From NCBI GenBank assembly GCA_028704435.1, contig JAQWFL010000011.1, forward strand, positions 2,559 through 66,558: a DNA stretch of 64,000 nucleotides. The letters run 5' to 3'. Origin of the DNA: Anaerostipes sp. (lineage in GTDB: Bacteria; Bacillota; Clostridia; Lachnospirales; Lachnospiraceae). Below the pieces are notes generated by a model that was given only the letters and a program-made list of their open reading frames with translations, searched no databases and was not told where the DNA came from. Shown piece by piece: positions 19,754-30,181 of the stretch (its first letter is position 1; every line of letters starts with the position of its first letter). Made by a program: the position numbers and the translations under genes.

Positions 19754-21712
19754 TTACTTATTTGGTCTTGCATACATGACTGCACTGCCACTATGGAAGT
19801 CTCCATATACAACACCCTTATCTTCATTTGCAGCTTCCACCATCTTGCCATTTCCTGCATAGATACCTACATGGCTGATATTCATAAATCTGCCATTATT
19901 GGTATAACTGTAGAAAATCAGATCTCCTGGTTGAAGCTCTGCCTCTGTTACTGTTTTGCCCGCTTCACTCAGTCCCTGAGCTTCCGCTGCTGCTGTAGTC
20001 GCTCCACCGTAACTGATATCAACACCTGCAGCTCTCCACGCATAGTAAGCAAGTGAGCTGCAGTCATAATAATCTCCTGTATCTCGCAAGTCCTGACTAT
20101 AAGGATACCCGACTTTTGATAATGCAAAACTCATGACTGATTTCTGTGTCGTATCACTGATACCATTCAAAATGGCATTGATTTCTTCCTGAGTCATAGA
20201 TGAAGTGCTGTTGCCAGCGCCTCCACCGCCACCACCAGTGTACCCCAGCATCGCCAGATTCTCCGGACTCATCATTTCATTGATCAGTTCTATCTGCTCT
20301 GCTGAAAAACTGTATTCTGTAATCATGTCTCTATAATCTTTTAGGGTTACATTGACACACAGTACGGTTGTTGAACTGGTTGTTCCATCATCATTCTCTA
20401 CCGTATCTGTTCTGGAACTTGTGGTATAGGAACACATATCGTCCACTACATCCTGTAACCAGCCTTTTGAAGTATCATTCATAATCACAGCTGTATCCCC
20501 GATACCGTGCTTTACCATATAGACACAGATAATGTCATAATAATTCGTTGGTGTGGCTGATGTTCCTTCATAATCCACATAGACAATTTCACCAGAATCA
20601 TATCCCGTATGGTCATTGGCAAGTGTATTGATGTCACGATTAAATTCTGCCACATAGGAACTTGCTACTGTCTGAACTGTATCTCCATCCTCTAATGGTG
20701 GTAAAAAGATAGCAAAGGGTGAATTATAAATCGTTGCCACTACTCCAATAACAGGAACACAAATCATCGCAACAAGTAACACAATAATGAGAAGAAATGG
20801 TGCAACCACCGCCATGACCTGCTTAATCGACGTAGATACTCTTTTTAGGATCAAATCCTTTGCAAGTTTAAAGAAAGAATCCTGCTGATTATCCTGTGCC
20901 TTCATCTTATCCAAAAAGAATTTAATCTTTCTGGCTCGATTCGTTGCTACCATATCATCATGTTCCATCTTTGCATCTACCACAACTCCAGCTGCATATC
21001 CAATCGCAGTTCCCACTCCAGGTGCAACTGCTGTTCCAGCTGCTGTAGCTGCCGCTTTTGTTCCAACTTTGGCTGCAATCTTAGCAGTTTCCTTAGCCGT
21101 CTCTTTTGCCGTTTCCTTTGCAACTTTCTTTGAGACATCCTTGACTGTCCTTTTCGCAGTCTTCTTTGCAAGTTTCTTTCCAGCCTGCACCTGCTTAATC
21201 TTGCGTTTCTTTGCTTCCATGACCTGTCGTTTGTACAGAGCTGCACCTCTTGATGCTGTTCCCGTTACTGGTCTGGTCGCTTCATACATGATTCCAACGG
21301 ACTGTTGAATCTCCTGTCCACCTTCCATCTGGTCTGTCATGGTCTTTGCACCAACCATCCCAGCATTACGAAGTGTGGTGTTTTTTGTCTTAATGGATGT
21401 GTTGGCTTCCTTAATATTCTTGCGATACTTTGAGATTCTTCCCTTCTTGACATCCTCTGTTTGATGAATGGTACTCTTACGGTATGACTTCTTTCCAGTG
21501 TTCATAACTCTCTTGGATGCTCCCGTTTTTCCTGTTTTAGATGTCTCCCCAGACAGATTGCTTCCCTTTATCTTTGGACTTCGATCAATGGTATAGACAT
21601 TGCTCCCTTTGATGGATGCACTTTTCGGAACATGACTGTGTATCTTCGTCTTTTCCTTTGTATGAATCACCATGGGCTTGTCATCTACCTTTTTTATTTT
21701 CAATGCTCTCAC
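19754..21712 (-). CDS. Conjugative cell-wall hydrolase, NlpC/P60 (VirB1-like)
   Basis: Basic N-terminus, TM, then YDCSSL...LQPGDLIF...HVGIYAGNG. Confidence 0.9.
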   Translation of the reverse strand: MRALKIKKVDDKPMVIHTKEKTKIHSHVPKSASIKGSNVYTIDRSPKIKGSNLSGETSKTGKTGASKRVMNTGKKSYRKSTIHQTEDVKKGRISKYRKNIKEANTSIKTKNTTLRNAGMVGAKTMTDQMEGGQEIQQSVGIMYEATRPVTGTASRGAALYKRQVMEAKKRKIKQVQAGKKLAKKTAKRTVKDVSKKVAKETAKETAKETAKIAAKVGTKAAATAAGTAVAPGVGTAIGYAAGVVVDAKMEHDDMVATNRARKIKFFLDKMKAQDNQQDSFFKLAKDLILKRVSTSIKQVMAVVAPFLLIIVLLVAMICVPVIGVVATIYNSPFAIFLPPLEDGDTVQTVASSYVAEFNRDINTLANDHTGYDSGEIVYVDYEGTSATPTNYYDIICVYMVKHGIGDTAVIMNDTSKGWLQDVVDDMCSYTTSSRTDTVENDDGTTSSTTVLCVNVTLKDYRDMITEYSFSAEQIELINEMMSPENLAMLGYTGGGGGGAGNSTSSMTQEEINAILNGISDTTQKSVMSFALSKVGYPYSQDLRDTGDYYDCSSLAYYAWRAAGVDISYGGATTAAAEAQGLSEAGKTVTEAELQPGDLIFYSYTNNGRFMNISHVGIYAGNGKMVEAANEDKGVVYGDFHSGSAVMYARPNK

Positions 21713-21767
21713 CTTCTCTCAAAAAGGAAAAGCCACAGACTTATTACAGTCCATGGCTATCTCCAAC

Positions 21768-24179
21768 TTATTCTTCATCTGTCTGTTTTTCCCGTACCAA
21801 TCTCATTGCTTCAGCCTCTTCTTTCGCTTTCTGTTCCGCAATCTTTTCATGGATATTGGTATTGTAAAGTTTATAGAGGTCTGTATCCTTGCTTATCTGA
21901 TTATCAAATGGAATAATAACAGAGCCAAACTTAATTAGTCCCATACCAGAGGAAGTATTGGTTACAAATCGAAGCTGTGCTTCCGATACCCCTACGACCT
22001 CTGCCATCTTTGAGCTATCTGTGTTCGCCTGCTTTAACAGCACTACGAATTCTGAATTGGCAAGCATTGTTGTCGCTGTGTAATTCTGTAATAAATCGAC
22101 TACATTCTGCGTGATTCCAGTACATAATCCTCCCTGCTTTCTCACTTTTTTCCAAAGCTGCTGGAGATACTTCGCTGAATATTCTGAGTTCAAGAGAACG
22201 TGGAACTCATCAATATAGAGCCATGTTGCTTTTCCTTTCTGACCATTCTCAATGATTCTCTGCTGAATTGACTCCATCATAACAAGCATGGTAATTGGAC
22301 TAAGTTCAACTCCTAAGTCTCTGATTCCATAAACGGTAAATCTGTTATCTACATCCACATTAGTCTGATGATTAAAGATATTCAAAGAACCCGTTACAAA
22401 TAATTCCAATGAAAGTGCAATATCTTTTGCTTCTTCCTCTGGCTGTGCCAAAAGTAAATCATAGAAATCTGTCATTACTGGAATGAACTTCTCTTTGCTT
22501 CTCGCAATCTCCGTATAAAGCTTTCTCACACAACGGTCAATGATAGACTTCTGTCTGGAATTTAAGGAATCACCCATACACTGCTCACACAGTCCCAGCA
22601 TGAACTCGCCCTTTTCTCTAATCCAGCCTTTGGTATCATTCTGGTCTAAGTTCCAGACATCCATATCAAGCGGATTCACATAATTATCTGTGTAAGTGGA
22701 CATGTTTACCACGGTTCCGCCATAAGTCTCTGCAATGTCAAAATATTCATTCTGTGGATCAATAACGATAATATCATCATTACTTGACAGGAACTCAGAA
22801 CCCATCGTCATCTTACAGAAGAAACTTTTTCCAGAACCAGGAACCCCAAATACAAACCCGTTTCCGTTAATCAGTTTCTTTCGATTTCCTACATTAATAT
22901 TCTTGGAAATCTGGTTGATTCCATAATAAGTCCCACTGGAATCATTAAGCTCCTGCACATTAAACGGCATAAGCACCGCAAGCGACTGTGTAAGCATGGT
23001 TCTCATGGTCTCCACCTGTCTTACTCCAATCGGAAGTGCTGTATTAAGTGCTTCTCTCTGTTTCAGATAATGCGTATCTATGGTACAGCTGTTACGCTTT
23101 CCAATCGTTTCAATCGTTTCACAGACGCTCTCCAACTCTTTTTTACTCTCTGCCATTACAATAATAGTGACTCCAACATAGAATAAGCACTGGTCATTCT
23201 CTCGCACATCATCCATAATGGATTCAATTTCCTTTTTCTCTGTTCTCTTTGCATAAGAGATTTCAGTGGAAAAGTCGTTGTTCTTATTACGAACTCGCTG
23301 CTGCTTGATGATATCCGATTCAATACCAAGATATTTCTTCTGCAATGTTTTTGTAGTCAAATCCTTTGGAACTGGTACTACATCGATACTGGTAATAGAA
23401 TGAACTGGCAGCGAAGTAATCTCATTGATGAAACGGTCTGATAAGCTGCTCGGATACTTCTTAATGAACAATGCTTTACAGAATTTACTCTCATCTTCAA
23501 AGTGGTCTGGGAAAAACTTAATCATTCCATTGCACAGATCATTTTTGAAATCTGCCCCGACCTTCTTTGCTTCCCTGATATCAAAGTTGAAACTGTTCTC
23601 ATCACCCAAGTGGTAATAATCATACAGTACCTTGATTCTTTCATTCCCTGAAAGTGGAACAATCTCTGCTCCAAGTTCCACAAATGCTTTGTGAATGGTT
23701 GCTTCCAAGGTGGCAAACTGTGCCTTTGCTTCCTCAAAATTTTTTCGCTCGATGGTAATCGTCAGGTATCTTTCCTGCTCAATTCCCTGTCTTCCCTCAC
23801 GAATCTTCTGCTCAATAATGTCATTGTAGGTCTTACGAAAATGGTCATACCCATCATCACAATAGCCAAGCAACACCTTATCTCTGAGATCAATCATGTT
23901 CTTATTTTTATTGTTGATTGTAATCTTGAAATTACAGTCCAAAGAATTGAGAAACTTGCAGTATCTTTCAAAGACACCGATCTGCTCATCCTCCGTTGCT
24001 GTGGTATAGTTAATATCCTGAAAACGATAGCATTTAGAATAGTGATTCTTTGAAACTTCAAAGATACCATTCTCTGCTATCGACATAATCTCTATGGTTT
24101 CCTGTATGGATTTCGGAGTTTTGTAAAGCGGTTCACTTGCTTTCTTCAACACCTTAAATCCGTCTCCAAATAAACCCAT
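21768..24179 (-). CDS. virB4: VirB4-like T4SS ATPase
   Basis: GVPGSGKS, IDPQNEY, YIDEFH, VRKQGG..TGITQN. Confidence 0.95.
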   Translation of the reverse strand: MGLFGDGFKVLKKASEPLYKTPKSIQETIEIMSIAENGIFEVSKNHYSKCYRFQDINYTTATEDEQIGVFERYCKFLNSLDCNFKITINNKNKNMIDLRDKVLLGYCDDGYDHFRKTYNDIIEQKIREGRQGIEQERYLTITIERKNFEEAKAQFATLEATIHKAFVELGAEIVPLSGNERIKVLYDYYHLGDENSFNFDIREAKKVGADFKNDLCNGMIKFFPDHFEDESKFCKALFIKKYPSSLSDRFINEITSLPVHSITSIDVVPVPKDLTTKTLQKKYLGIESDIIKQQRVRNKNNDFSTEISYAKRTEKKEIESIMDDVRENDQCLFYVGVTIIVMAESKKELESVCETIETIGKRNSCTIDTHYLKQREALNTALPIGVRQVETMRTMLTQSLAVLMPFNVQELNDSSGTYYGINQISKNINVGNRKKLINGNGFVFGVPGSGKSFFCKMTMGSEFLSSNDDIIVIDPQNEYFDIAETYGGTVVNMSTYTDNYVNPLDMDVWNLDQNDTKGWIREKGEFMLGLCEQCMGDSLNSRQKSIIDRCVRKLYTEIARSKEKFIPVMTDFYDLLLAQPEEEAKDIALSLELFVTGSLNIFNHQTNVDVDNRFTVYGIRDLGVELSPITMLVMMESIQQRIIENGQKGKATWLYIDEFHVLLNSEYSAKYLQQLWKKVRKQGGLCTGITQNVVDLLQNYTATTMLANSEFVVLLKQANTDSSKMAEVVGVSEAQLRFVTNTSSGMGLIKFGSVIIPFDNQISKDTDLYKLYNTNIHEKIAEQKAKEEAEAMRLVREKQTDEE

Positions 24180-24284
24180 GTGCTCTTACCTTCCTTTCTG
24201 CATAAATGCCATGCACCGCCGGGGTAATCCCGGCTGATGCCAAAACTACCCCGACCTGAAAGGTCTGGTATTCCTTCTAGTTAC

Positions 24285-24812
24285 TTACTGCATATACTTA
24301 TATGCCATGATTCCCGCAACAGCAGCCACCATGACTCCAATACTTGCGAATAATAATCTCTTTGTCTTTTTCTTCATCGCTTCAAATTCCTCCTGATTTT
24401 TTGCTTTCTGTGCATCTGTCCTGGTTTCTGTTACTTCCTGTTTCTTTCCCGCTTTTCCCTTTTTCTTCTTTCCTGTTCCAAGCAGTTCCATCTGGTATTC
24501 TCTGATTGCCAGTTCCCCTTCCGTTGACATATAGACCAGCGGATGATTGGAAAACATGAACCTCAGTTTCTTCCCCATATACTCATAGAAATCCATCCCG
24601 TTGTAGGAATAAAAACCTCCCAGCGCAATTGGAGCAACACAGGGAATTGCCACATAAGCTGCACCTGTCAATCCAATATATTTATATAGGAGCAATACTA
24701 ATGTTCCTCCAACCGCTACACTTGCAATCGAAAAAACTAACTGCTTCGCTGAAAGTCCCAACGCCACAGATTCCTGATAACGATCAATATCTTTGTTAAT
24801 CTCAATTACCAA
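24285..24812 (-). CDS. prgI: PrgI-family (VirB3-like) membrane protein
   Basis: INKDID.YQE...LGL..KQL, two TMs, GFY.YNGM; directly before virB4. Confidence 0.85.
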   Translation of the reverse strand: MVIEINKDIDRYQESVALGLSAKQLVFSIASVAVGGTLVLLLYKYIGLTGAAYVAIPCVAPIALGGFYSYNGMDFYEYMGKKLRFMFSNHPLVYMSTEGELAIREYQMELLGTGKKKKGKAGKKQEVTETRTDAQKAKNQEEFEAMKKKTKRLLFASIGVMVAAVAGIMAYKYMQ

Positions 24813-24817
24813 CTATC

Positions 24818-25219
24818 TCACCTCGCTTTCTCTTTTACCTCTGGAGTCTTTTTTACTCCAATACTTTTTTCATAAGCCTGCATTCCATCTGGACACAACT
24901 CTCTAAGCTTATCCACATTGAACATATAAAGTGGAAACTCACAAAACCCACTTTTCTGTGTAAATCCTGTAAATTCTCCAAGATCATTGTCTACTACGAA
25001 CTTTTCTATGCCAGACATGTTGTTGGTATCAAGATAGGCACAGTAATCAGGTGCTTTCTCACTAAGATTTACAGTCATATCTCCATAAGGTTCAAATCCA
25101 TCTTCGTCCTTACTCAACATGCCAATATACAAACCTTTATTGTTCATATAGCTGTTGATTTCCAACTGAACATTCTCTGTTCCCCATGGAGACTGGTATT
25201 CCAATGTCTTTTCTTCCAT
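24818..25219 (-). CDS. DUF4313-like protein
   Basis: EPYGDMTVNL...AYLDTNN...TG...SGFCEFPLY.F. Confidence 0.7.
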   Translation of the reverse strand: MEEKTLEYQSPWGTENVQLEINSYMNNKGLYIGMLSKDEDGFEPYGDMTVNLSEKAPDYCAYLDTNNMSGIEKFVVDNDLGEFTGFTQKSGFCEFPLYMFNVDKLRELCPDGMQAYEKSIGVKKTPEVKEKAR

Positions 25220-25232
25220 CCTGCTCTCCTTT

Positions 25233-26075
25233 CTACAAGCCAAATGCCTTGCTTGTAAGTGCCTGTGCGCCTTTTACACTGCCAACGGTCATTGCCACTG
25301 TAAATGTCATTTCACACAGATAAATAAGTGTCTGTGCCCAATCTGCATAACTGCCTGTAAAGGAAGGCAGTCCTGCGTTCACAAATGCATTACATACAAT
25401 AATTGCCAGTGCCATCGTTACTGCTTCAAATACAAGGGATAAGAAATATTTGCAGTAAGTCACCACTGTATGACTGACTGTTCTGTTTCCACCCATCGTT
25501 GAAAATGCGATTGCTCCCATTGGAACAATAATCAGAATCTTTAAGAATCTGAAATACACAGTGTAGATAATAAAGAAACCACAGATAATGACAATAATGG
25601 ACAATAGTGCTGCAAGTATCAGCATGACCAGGCTTTCTCCAAATCCGAGATTCTTAATAATATCTGCCTGTGTACTATCTATGGAAAGTGTTGTCGTTGT
25701 ACCCGCCGATAGCAGACCAACAAGATTTCCGATTGAAGTAAAAAATGCTTTCATAATCGTTACATAATTAGAGACAAACCATTCAGCAAGTCCCACTCTA
25801 ATCAGCATTCGAAGTATTACTTCAAATCGCATCTCTTCCCTGACATCCACACTCTCCGAACAGAATCCTATGACAAAGAATAAAACCACCAGAGAAGAAC
25901 CAACTCCTACGAAGATTGGTTCAATTCCCTCAATAACTGCCCACGGACTTCCACCTTTGAAATTGACTGGTGATTGTCCAAGCATCGAGAACACCAGCGA
26001 TATCTGGTTATTCCAAAAACCAAACACCATTTCAAGCAAAGACAGGATCTTATCACCAAGTTTAAAAATATCCAT
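25233..26075 (-). CDS. VirB6-like polytopic T4SS membrane protein
   Basis: Multiple TM segments; position between pilin-like gene and prgI. Confidence 0.75.
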   Translation of the reverse strand: MDIFKLGDKILSLLEMVFGFWNNQISLVFSMLGQSPVNFKGGSPWAVIEGIEPIFVGVGSSLVVLFFVIGFCSESVDVREEMRFEVILRMLIRVGLAEWFVSNYVTIMKAFFTSIGNLVGLLSAGTTTTLSIDSTQADIIKNLGFGESLVMLILAALLSIIVIICGFFIIYTVYFRFLKILIIVPMGAIAFSTMGGNRTVSHTVVTYCKYFLSLVFEAVTMALAIIVCNAFVNAGLPSFTGSYADWAQTLIYLCEMTFTVAMTVGSVKGAQALTSKAFGL

Positions 26076-26144
26076 ACTTGTTCTTCACCTTCTTCCTTCA
26101 TTTCTGCGAGGCAGAGTCTGCCCCGCATACTCTGGTTGCCATTC

Positions 26145-26531
26145 TTAGAATCCTAAGAAAGTTAATACAGTAGAAATACCTGCCATCATGACACCTGCTA
26201 CAATTCCCTTTAATGCAGAGTTCATTGTAGAGGAATCCTGCTGCTGGTATGCCTGTGCGAATTCCATTACATTCTTCGCAAGGATAATGACACCAACTGC
26301 ACCGATTACTGCAATTACAAGTGTCTTTAAGTTTTCCAGTGGCTGTGTTACAGCTGATGTGCCTGTAGCTGCAGCAAAGCACTGTGTGCTCATAAGTGAA
26401 ACTGCCATCATACTTCCAGAGAGTGCTGGAATCACTTTCTTTTTCATGTTGCTAAATAATCCCTTCATGGACTTTCCTCCGTTTTCTACATTTGTTGTGT
26501 TGTTAGTTCCTACGCTGTTTTCTTTACGCAT
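26145..26531 (-). CDS. Pilin-like (VirB2/Maff2-like) membrane protein
   Basis: Signal-like N-terminus plus two hydrophobic helices. Confidence 0.65.
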   Translation of the reverse strand: MRKENSVGTNNTTNVENGGKSMKGLFSNMKKKVIPALSGSMMAVSLMSTQCFAAATGTSAVTQPLENLKTLVIAVIGAVGVIILAKNVMEFAQAYQQQDSSTMNSALKGIVAGVMMAGISTVLTFLGF

Positions 26532-26577
26532 AATTCAAATCTCCTTCAAAATGTTGATTGCAGAGCGAAAGCCGGAT

Positions 26578-26632
26578 AAAAAAAGATGAATAACATCTAT
26601 CCGGCTTTTCTTCCGAATAGATGTCATTCATC
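26578..26632 (-). terminator. Strong intrinsic terminator just upstream of the pilin-like gene
   Basis: GATGAATAACATCTAT 26585-26600 / ATAGATGTCATTCATC 26617-26632 plus U7. Confidence 0.7.
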
Positions 26633-26747
26633 CATTCTTATCTGCATTGTTAATTGTGATCTATTGTTACAGGATTGCTCCTGGTACTTAGGTTAATCGG
26701 GCTTTCCCCGATACGTTACTGCAATAACCACCTCCCTTCAAGGCATG

Positions 26748-26779
26748 AAAAAAGCACCCTAACCATTGGCTAAAGTGCT
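26748..26779 (-). terminator. Intrinsic terminator after the YhcG-like gene
   Basis: AGCAC...GTGCT stem plus U6. Confidence 0.6.
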
Positions 26780-26788
26780 GTCTTGCTG

Positions 26789-27883
26789 TTATTCATCTTC
26801 TTCCTCTTTGTCTCGCTCCAAAAAATAATCTATTTCTCTAGTTGAAGAGCTATCAATTCCCAACTCTTTTCTACGTTCTAAGCGTTCCTGCGTTTCCGCA
26901 TAAATCTCTTTAATCTTTCTCTCAAACTCAGCTTTAGGCGGTAATGCAGTCCAATACTGTGCCACTGCAATTCCTGCTTTATCCATTTCCATCAATTCTA
27001 TCTGATCACGACTTGCTTCTGTACATAGAATAAGACCAATAGGTGCATCCTCTCCCTCTCTACGCTCATACTGGTTTAGCCAGCGTAAGTAAAATTCCAT
27101 TTGTCCTTTATATTGAGGTTTGAATTTTCCTATCTTTAACTCTACAGCAACCAAACGTTTCAAATCTCTATGATAGAACAATAAATCTAATCGAAAATCA
27201 TCCCCATCCATAGTCATTCTTTTTTGTCGTTCTACAAACGAAAAACCGTGTCCAAATTCTAAAAAGAATTTTTCAAGTTCTACAAGAATTGCTTTTTCTA
27301 AATCAGCTTCCAAAAAATCATCTTTTAAACCAAGCGTATCCAACAAATATGGATCTTTAAAAAGATGTAATGGTACTGCTGTTTGTTCTGACAATTCCAT
27401 ATTCGCTATTTCACGACGTTCATAACTCTTTCTTGAAATCTGGTTTCTAAGTTCCCGCTTTCCAAGTTTTCTACAGATAGCATCATTCGCATAGTACATA
27501 AATGCATCATCAGATTTTATAGGCAATAAAGCAATAAAATGTGACCAACTCAATTCTCGTGCCAGTGGAACGAGAATCTCAAAATCCGGAAAACGCTCAG
27601 CAAGCTGAATCATCCGTCGAATATTCGCATAATCAAAACTATTACCATATTTTGTCTGCAATTGTTCTGCTAATTTCGCAATTATCTTCTTTCCGTATTT
27701 TGCTCTATCACCTTCTAAAATCGTAGTATTGATGTAATGACCTACTTCCCAATACATCAGTGTTACCTCACAATTTGCCCTTGAAGCTATACTCTCTTTA
27801 CGATTTTCTATAATAACAGCAATATGCTTAAACAGGTTTGATTCATCCATTTGCATATTGCTTTCTAATTCATTGTCACTCAT
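26789..27883 (-). CDS. YhcG/DUF1016 PD-(D/E)XK nuclease-domain protein
   Basis: YWEVG, LSWSH, KDPY.LD.L, ELG.GF.F..RQ, DLLFYH, ELKIG.F, GQM.FY, PIGLILC. Confidence 0.9.
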   Translation of the reverse strand: MSDNELESNMQMDESNLFKHIAVIIENRKESIASRANCEVTLMYWEVGHYINTTILEGDRAKYGKKIIAKLAEQLQTKYGNSFDYANIRRMIQLAERFPDFEILVPLARELSWSHFIALLPIKSDDAFMYYANDAICRKLGKRELRNQISRKSYERREIANMELSEQTAVPLHLFKDPYLLDTLGLKDDFLEADLEKAILVELEKFFLEFGHGFSFVERQKRMTMDGDDFRLDLLFYHRDLKRLVAVELKIGKFKPQYKGQMEFYLRWLNQYERREGEDAPIGLILCTEASRDQIELMEMDKAGIAVAQYWTALPPKAEFERKIKEIYAETQERLERRKELGIDSSSTREIDYFLERDKEEEDE

Positions 27884-28015
27884 AGAAAGCCTCCTTTATT
27901 CACTAAGTTTTTCCATTATCAGTATCTTAATTCAACTTTTCAAAATTTTATAAGGCTCGTGCCTCACACAAGTCCATTATATCAAATACAATGAACTTGT
28001 GCGATAGTAAAAACA

Positions 28016-30181
28016 TTAAGCATTATAAAATCTATCTCTCATCTCTACAACATTTACATCAGGATAAAAGTATTCCATAATCACAGCCTTCGGAATCTTT
28101 GCTTCAAATGCTTTTTGCAGTTCTTCCTTCTGTCCTTCTGTATAGTTCCAATGAAGCATACGATTTGTTATGGTATCTTCCCATTCTGGCTTTTCTCTTT
28201 TTGACACTAATTCCTGCTTTTGTTGCACTTCTGCTTCCGTATCCTGCGAGTATTCCAGTTCCTGTGCCTGCTCCTGATTCAGCTTTTCCTTCTGTTCTTT
28301 TTCTTCCAGACTGGTAAATCTATGATTCAGTTCCACTTCACCAAGCAGCATAAATTCCTCATACTTCAAGTCATCGATGAAAACATTATCGCCTTTCTCT
28401 TTCTGTTTCTCATAATGTTCTACTGCCTTTTGGGATAAAATCTCAAATGGTGGACCAATCAGATTTCTGTTACTTGTAATCTCATGGACATACGGTTTTC
28501 CCTTTCCATCAGCGGTCTGGTTAAACATTGGATGTGCAAATGGAATATACTTATTATCCAAAATCGGATCAAACCCACGAATAAAGATAATACATTTCTT
28601 GTTATCCAGTTTTCTGACTTCATCTGGAGTAAAGATTTCCCTGCCAAGTACATCATAGTTCCTTGAGGAACTTCCCTGTCTGCCTTTTGTCTCTCCACTA
28701 GATTTCTTATCTATCGTTCCTTTTCCAAGTAGCTCTGAAACATACTTGTGCGTGGACTGTTCATTTCCACCAAGATATATAAAGGTATCGCAGTTGCCGG
28801 GGATTGTTTCCCAGGTATCCTTAAACAATGCCTTAAGCTGCGCAAAGTTCTGAATGATAATGATACTGGATATTTCTCGGCTTCGCATTGTAGATAGCAA
28901 AGAACAATAGTCATCTGGCAATGCGACATTGGCAAACTCATCTAACATAAAAGTCACATGAATTGGTAATCTGCCTCCACAGTTAAAGTCTGCCTGATAA
29001 TACAATTCCTGAAAAATCTGTGTGTAAAGCATACCAATAATGAAGTTATAGGATTTGTCTGAGTCTGGAATGACACAAAATAGTGCTGTCTTTGTCTCTC
29101 CATCCCCATTTACTCCAATGCCAATATCTGCAAGGCTCAATTCATCTTTGGAAAGCAGTCGTAAGACCTGTTGATTCTCTAAGAATGCCAGTCTGGAGTT
29201 CGCACTGATAATAATAGAACGAACTGTATCTCCTGCACCACGCATACACTTGTTATACTGCTTAACTGCGGGATGCGCTGCACCTAATGGATTATTCTCC
29301 TCTAGGAACTTCATACGCACATCCAGTCTGGATGGTTTCCCCTGCTCTGTAACCTCTGCTTCTCCAAGGAGCTTTAATACAGTCTCAAAATTTCTCTTTG
29401 CTGGTTTTACCTCTAACCAGACATAATAGAAAATTGCCTGAAGGAATAATCCTTCCGCTTTCTCCCAAAATGGATCAGAAGGCGTTGCACCCTTTGGAGT
29501 TGTATTACTGATAAGATTAGTAATCAGCTTCACAACATCTGTTTCTTCTCTGATATAAGAAAATGGATTGTAACAGTCTGATTTGTCCATTTCCAAAAGG
29601 TTAATAACTTTCACATTGTAGCCATTGTTCTTTAGCATATCTCCTGTACTTCTCAGGATTTCTCCCTTTGGATCGGTACAGATAAAAGAGCAGTTATGAG
29701 GCATCTGCATCAAATTCGGCTTAACCTCATAAAATGTCTTACCAGCACCAGATCCACCACATATCAGGATATTTCCATTGAGCTTTAATCGTCTGAAGTC
29801 TAAAGACATTCTGACATTTTGTGACAAAATTCGATTAAAGTTCTCATCCTTATCCATCAATACCTTATTCACTCGCTGTGGGGATTCCAGTTTTGCTGTA
29901 CCAAATTCTTTTCCAGGCATCATATTTCTCTGACTGGTGTAATACATAACAATAGCCATTGCGTAAACACCTATCGCAATGGCTACTGCTTTTACTGTAT
30001 ATTCATTGATATAATTTGCAAATGGAGCAGAACAGATTTCATTGAATCTGTTCATAAAAGCATTGAACTCTATTCCATCTGTCCACGCACCACCAATCAG
30101 ATAACCAAGATATCCTGCAAGAATCGCACCCAGTAGAAGAAAAAGAACCGATGGTTTCTTTTTACTCGTCTGCATAGGCAC
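28016..30181 (-). CDS. virD4: VirD4/TraG type IV coupling protein
   Basis: N-terminal TMs; GGSGAGKT, TDPKGE, DPFWE, LDEFAN. Confidence 0.95.
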   Translation of the reverse strand: MPMQTSKKKPSVLFLLLGAILAGYLGYLIGGAWTDGIEFNAFMNRFNEICSAPFANYINEYTVKAVAIAIGVYAMAIVMYYTSQRNMMPGKEFGTAKLESPQRVNKVLMDKDENFNRILSQNVRMSLDFRRLKLNGNILICGGSGAGKTFYEVKPNLMQMPHNCSFICTDPKGEILRSTGDMLKNNGYNVKVINLLEMDKSDCYNPFSYIREETDVVKLITNLISNTTPKGATPSDPFWEKAEGLFLQAIFYYVWLEVKPAKRNFETVLKLLGEAEVTEQGKPSRLDVRMKFLEENNPLGAAHPAVKQYNKCMRGAGDTVRSIIISANSRLAFLENQQVLRLLSKDELSLADIGIGVNGDGETKTALFCVIPDSDKSYNFIIGMLYTQIFQELYYQADFNCGGRLPIHVTFMLDEFANVALPDDYCSLLSTMRSREISSIIIIQNFAQLKALFKDTWETIPGNCDTFIYLGGNEQSTHKYVSELLGKGTIDKKSSGETKGRQGSSSRNYDVLGREIFTPDEVRKLDNKKCIIFIRGFDPILDNKYIPFAHPMFNQTADGKGKPYVHEITSNRNLIGPPFEILSQKAVEHYEKQKEKGDNVFIDDLKYEEFMLLGEVELNHRFTSLEEKEQKEKLNQEQAQELEYSQDTEAEVQQKQELVSKREKPEWEDTITNRMLHWNYTEGQKEELQKAFEAKIPKAVIMEYFYPDVNVVEMRDRFYNA

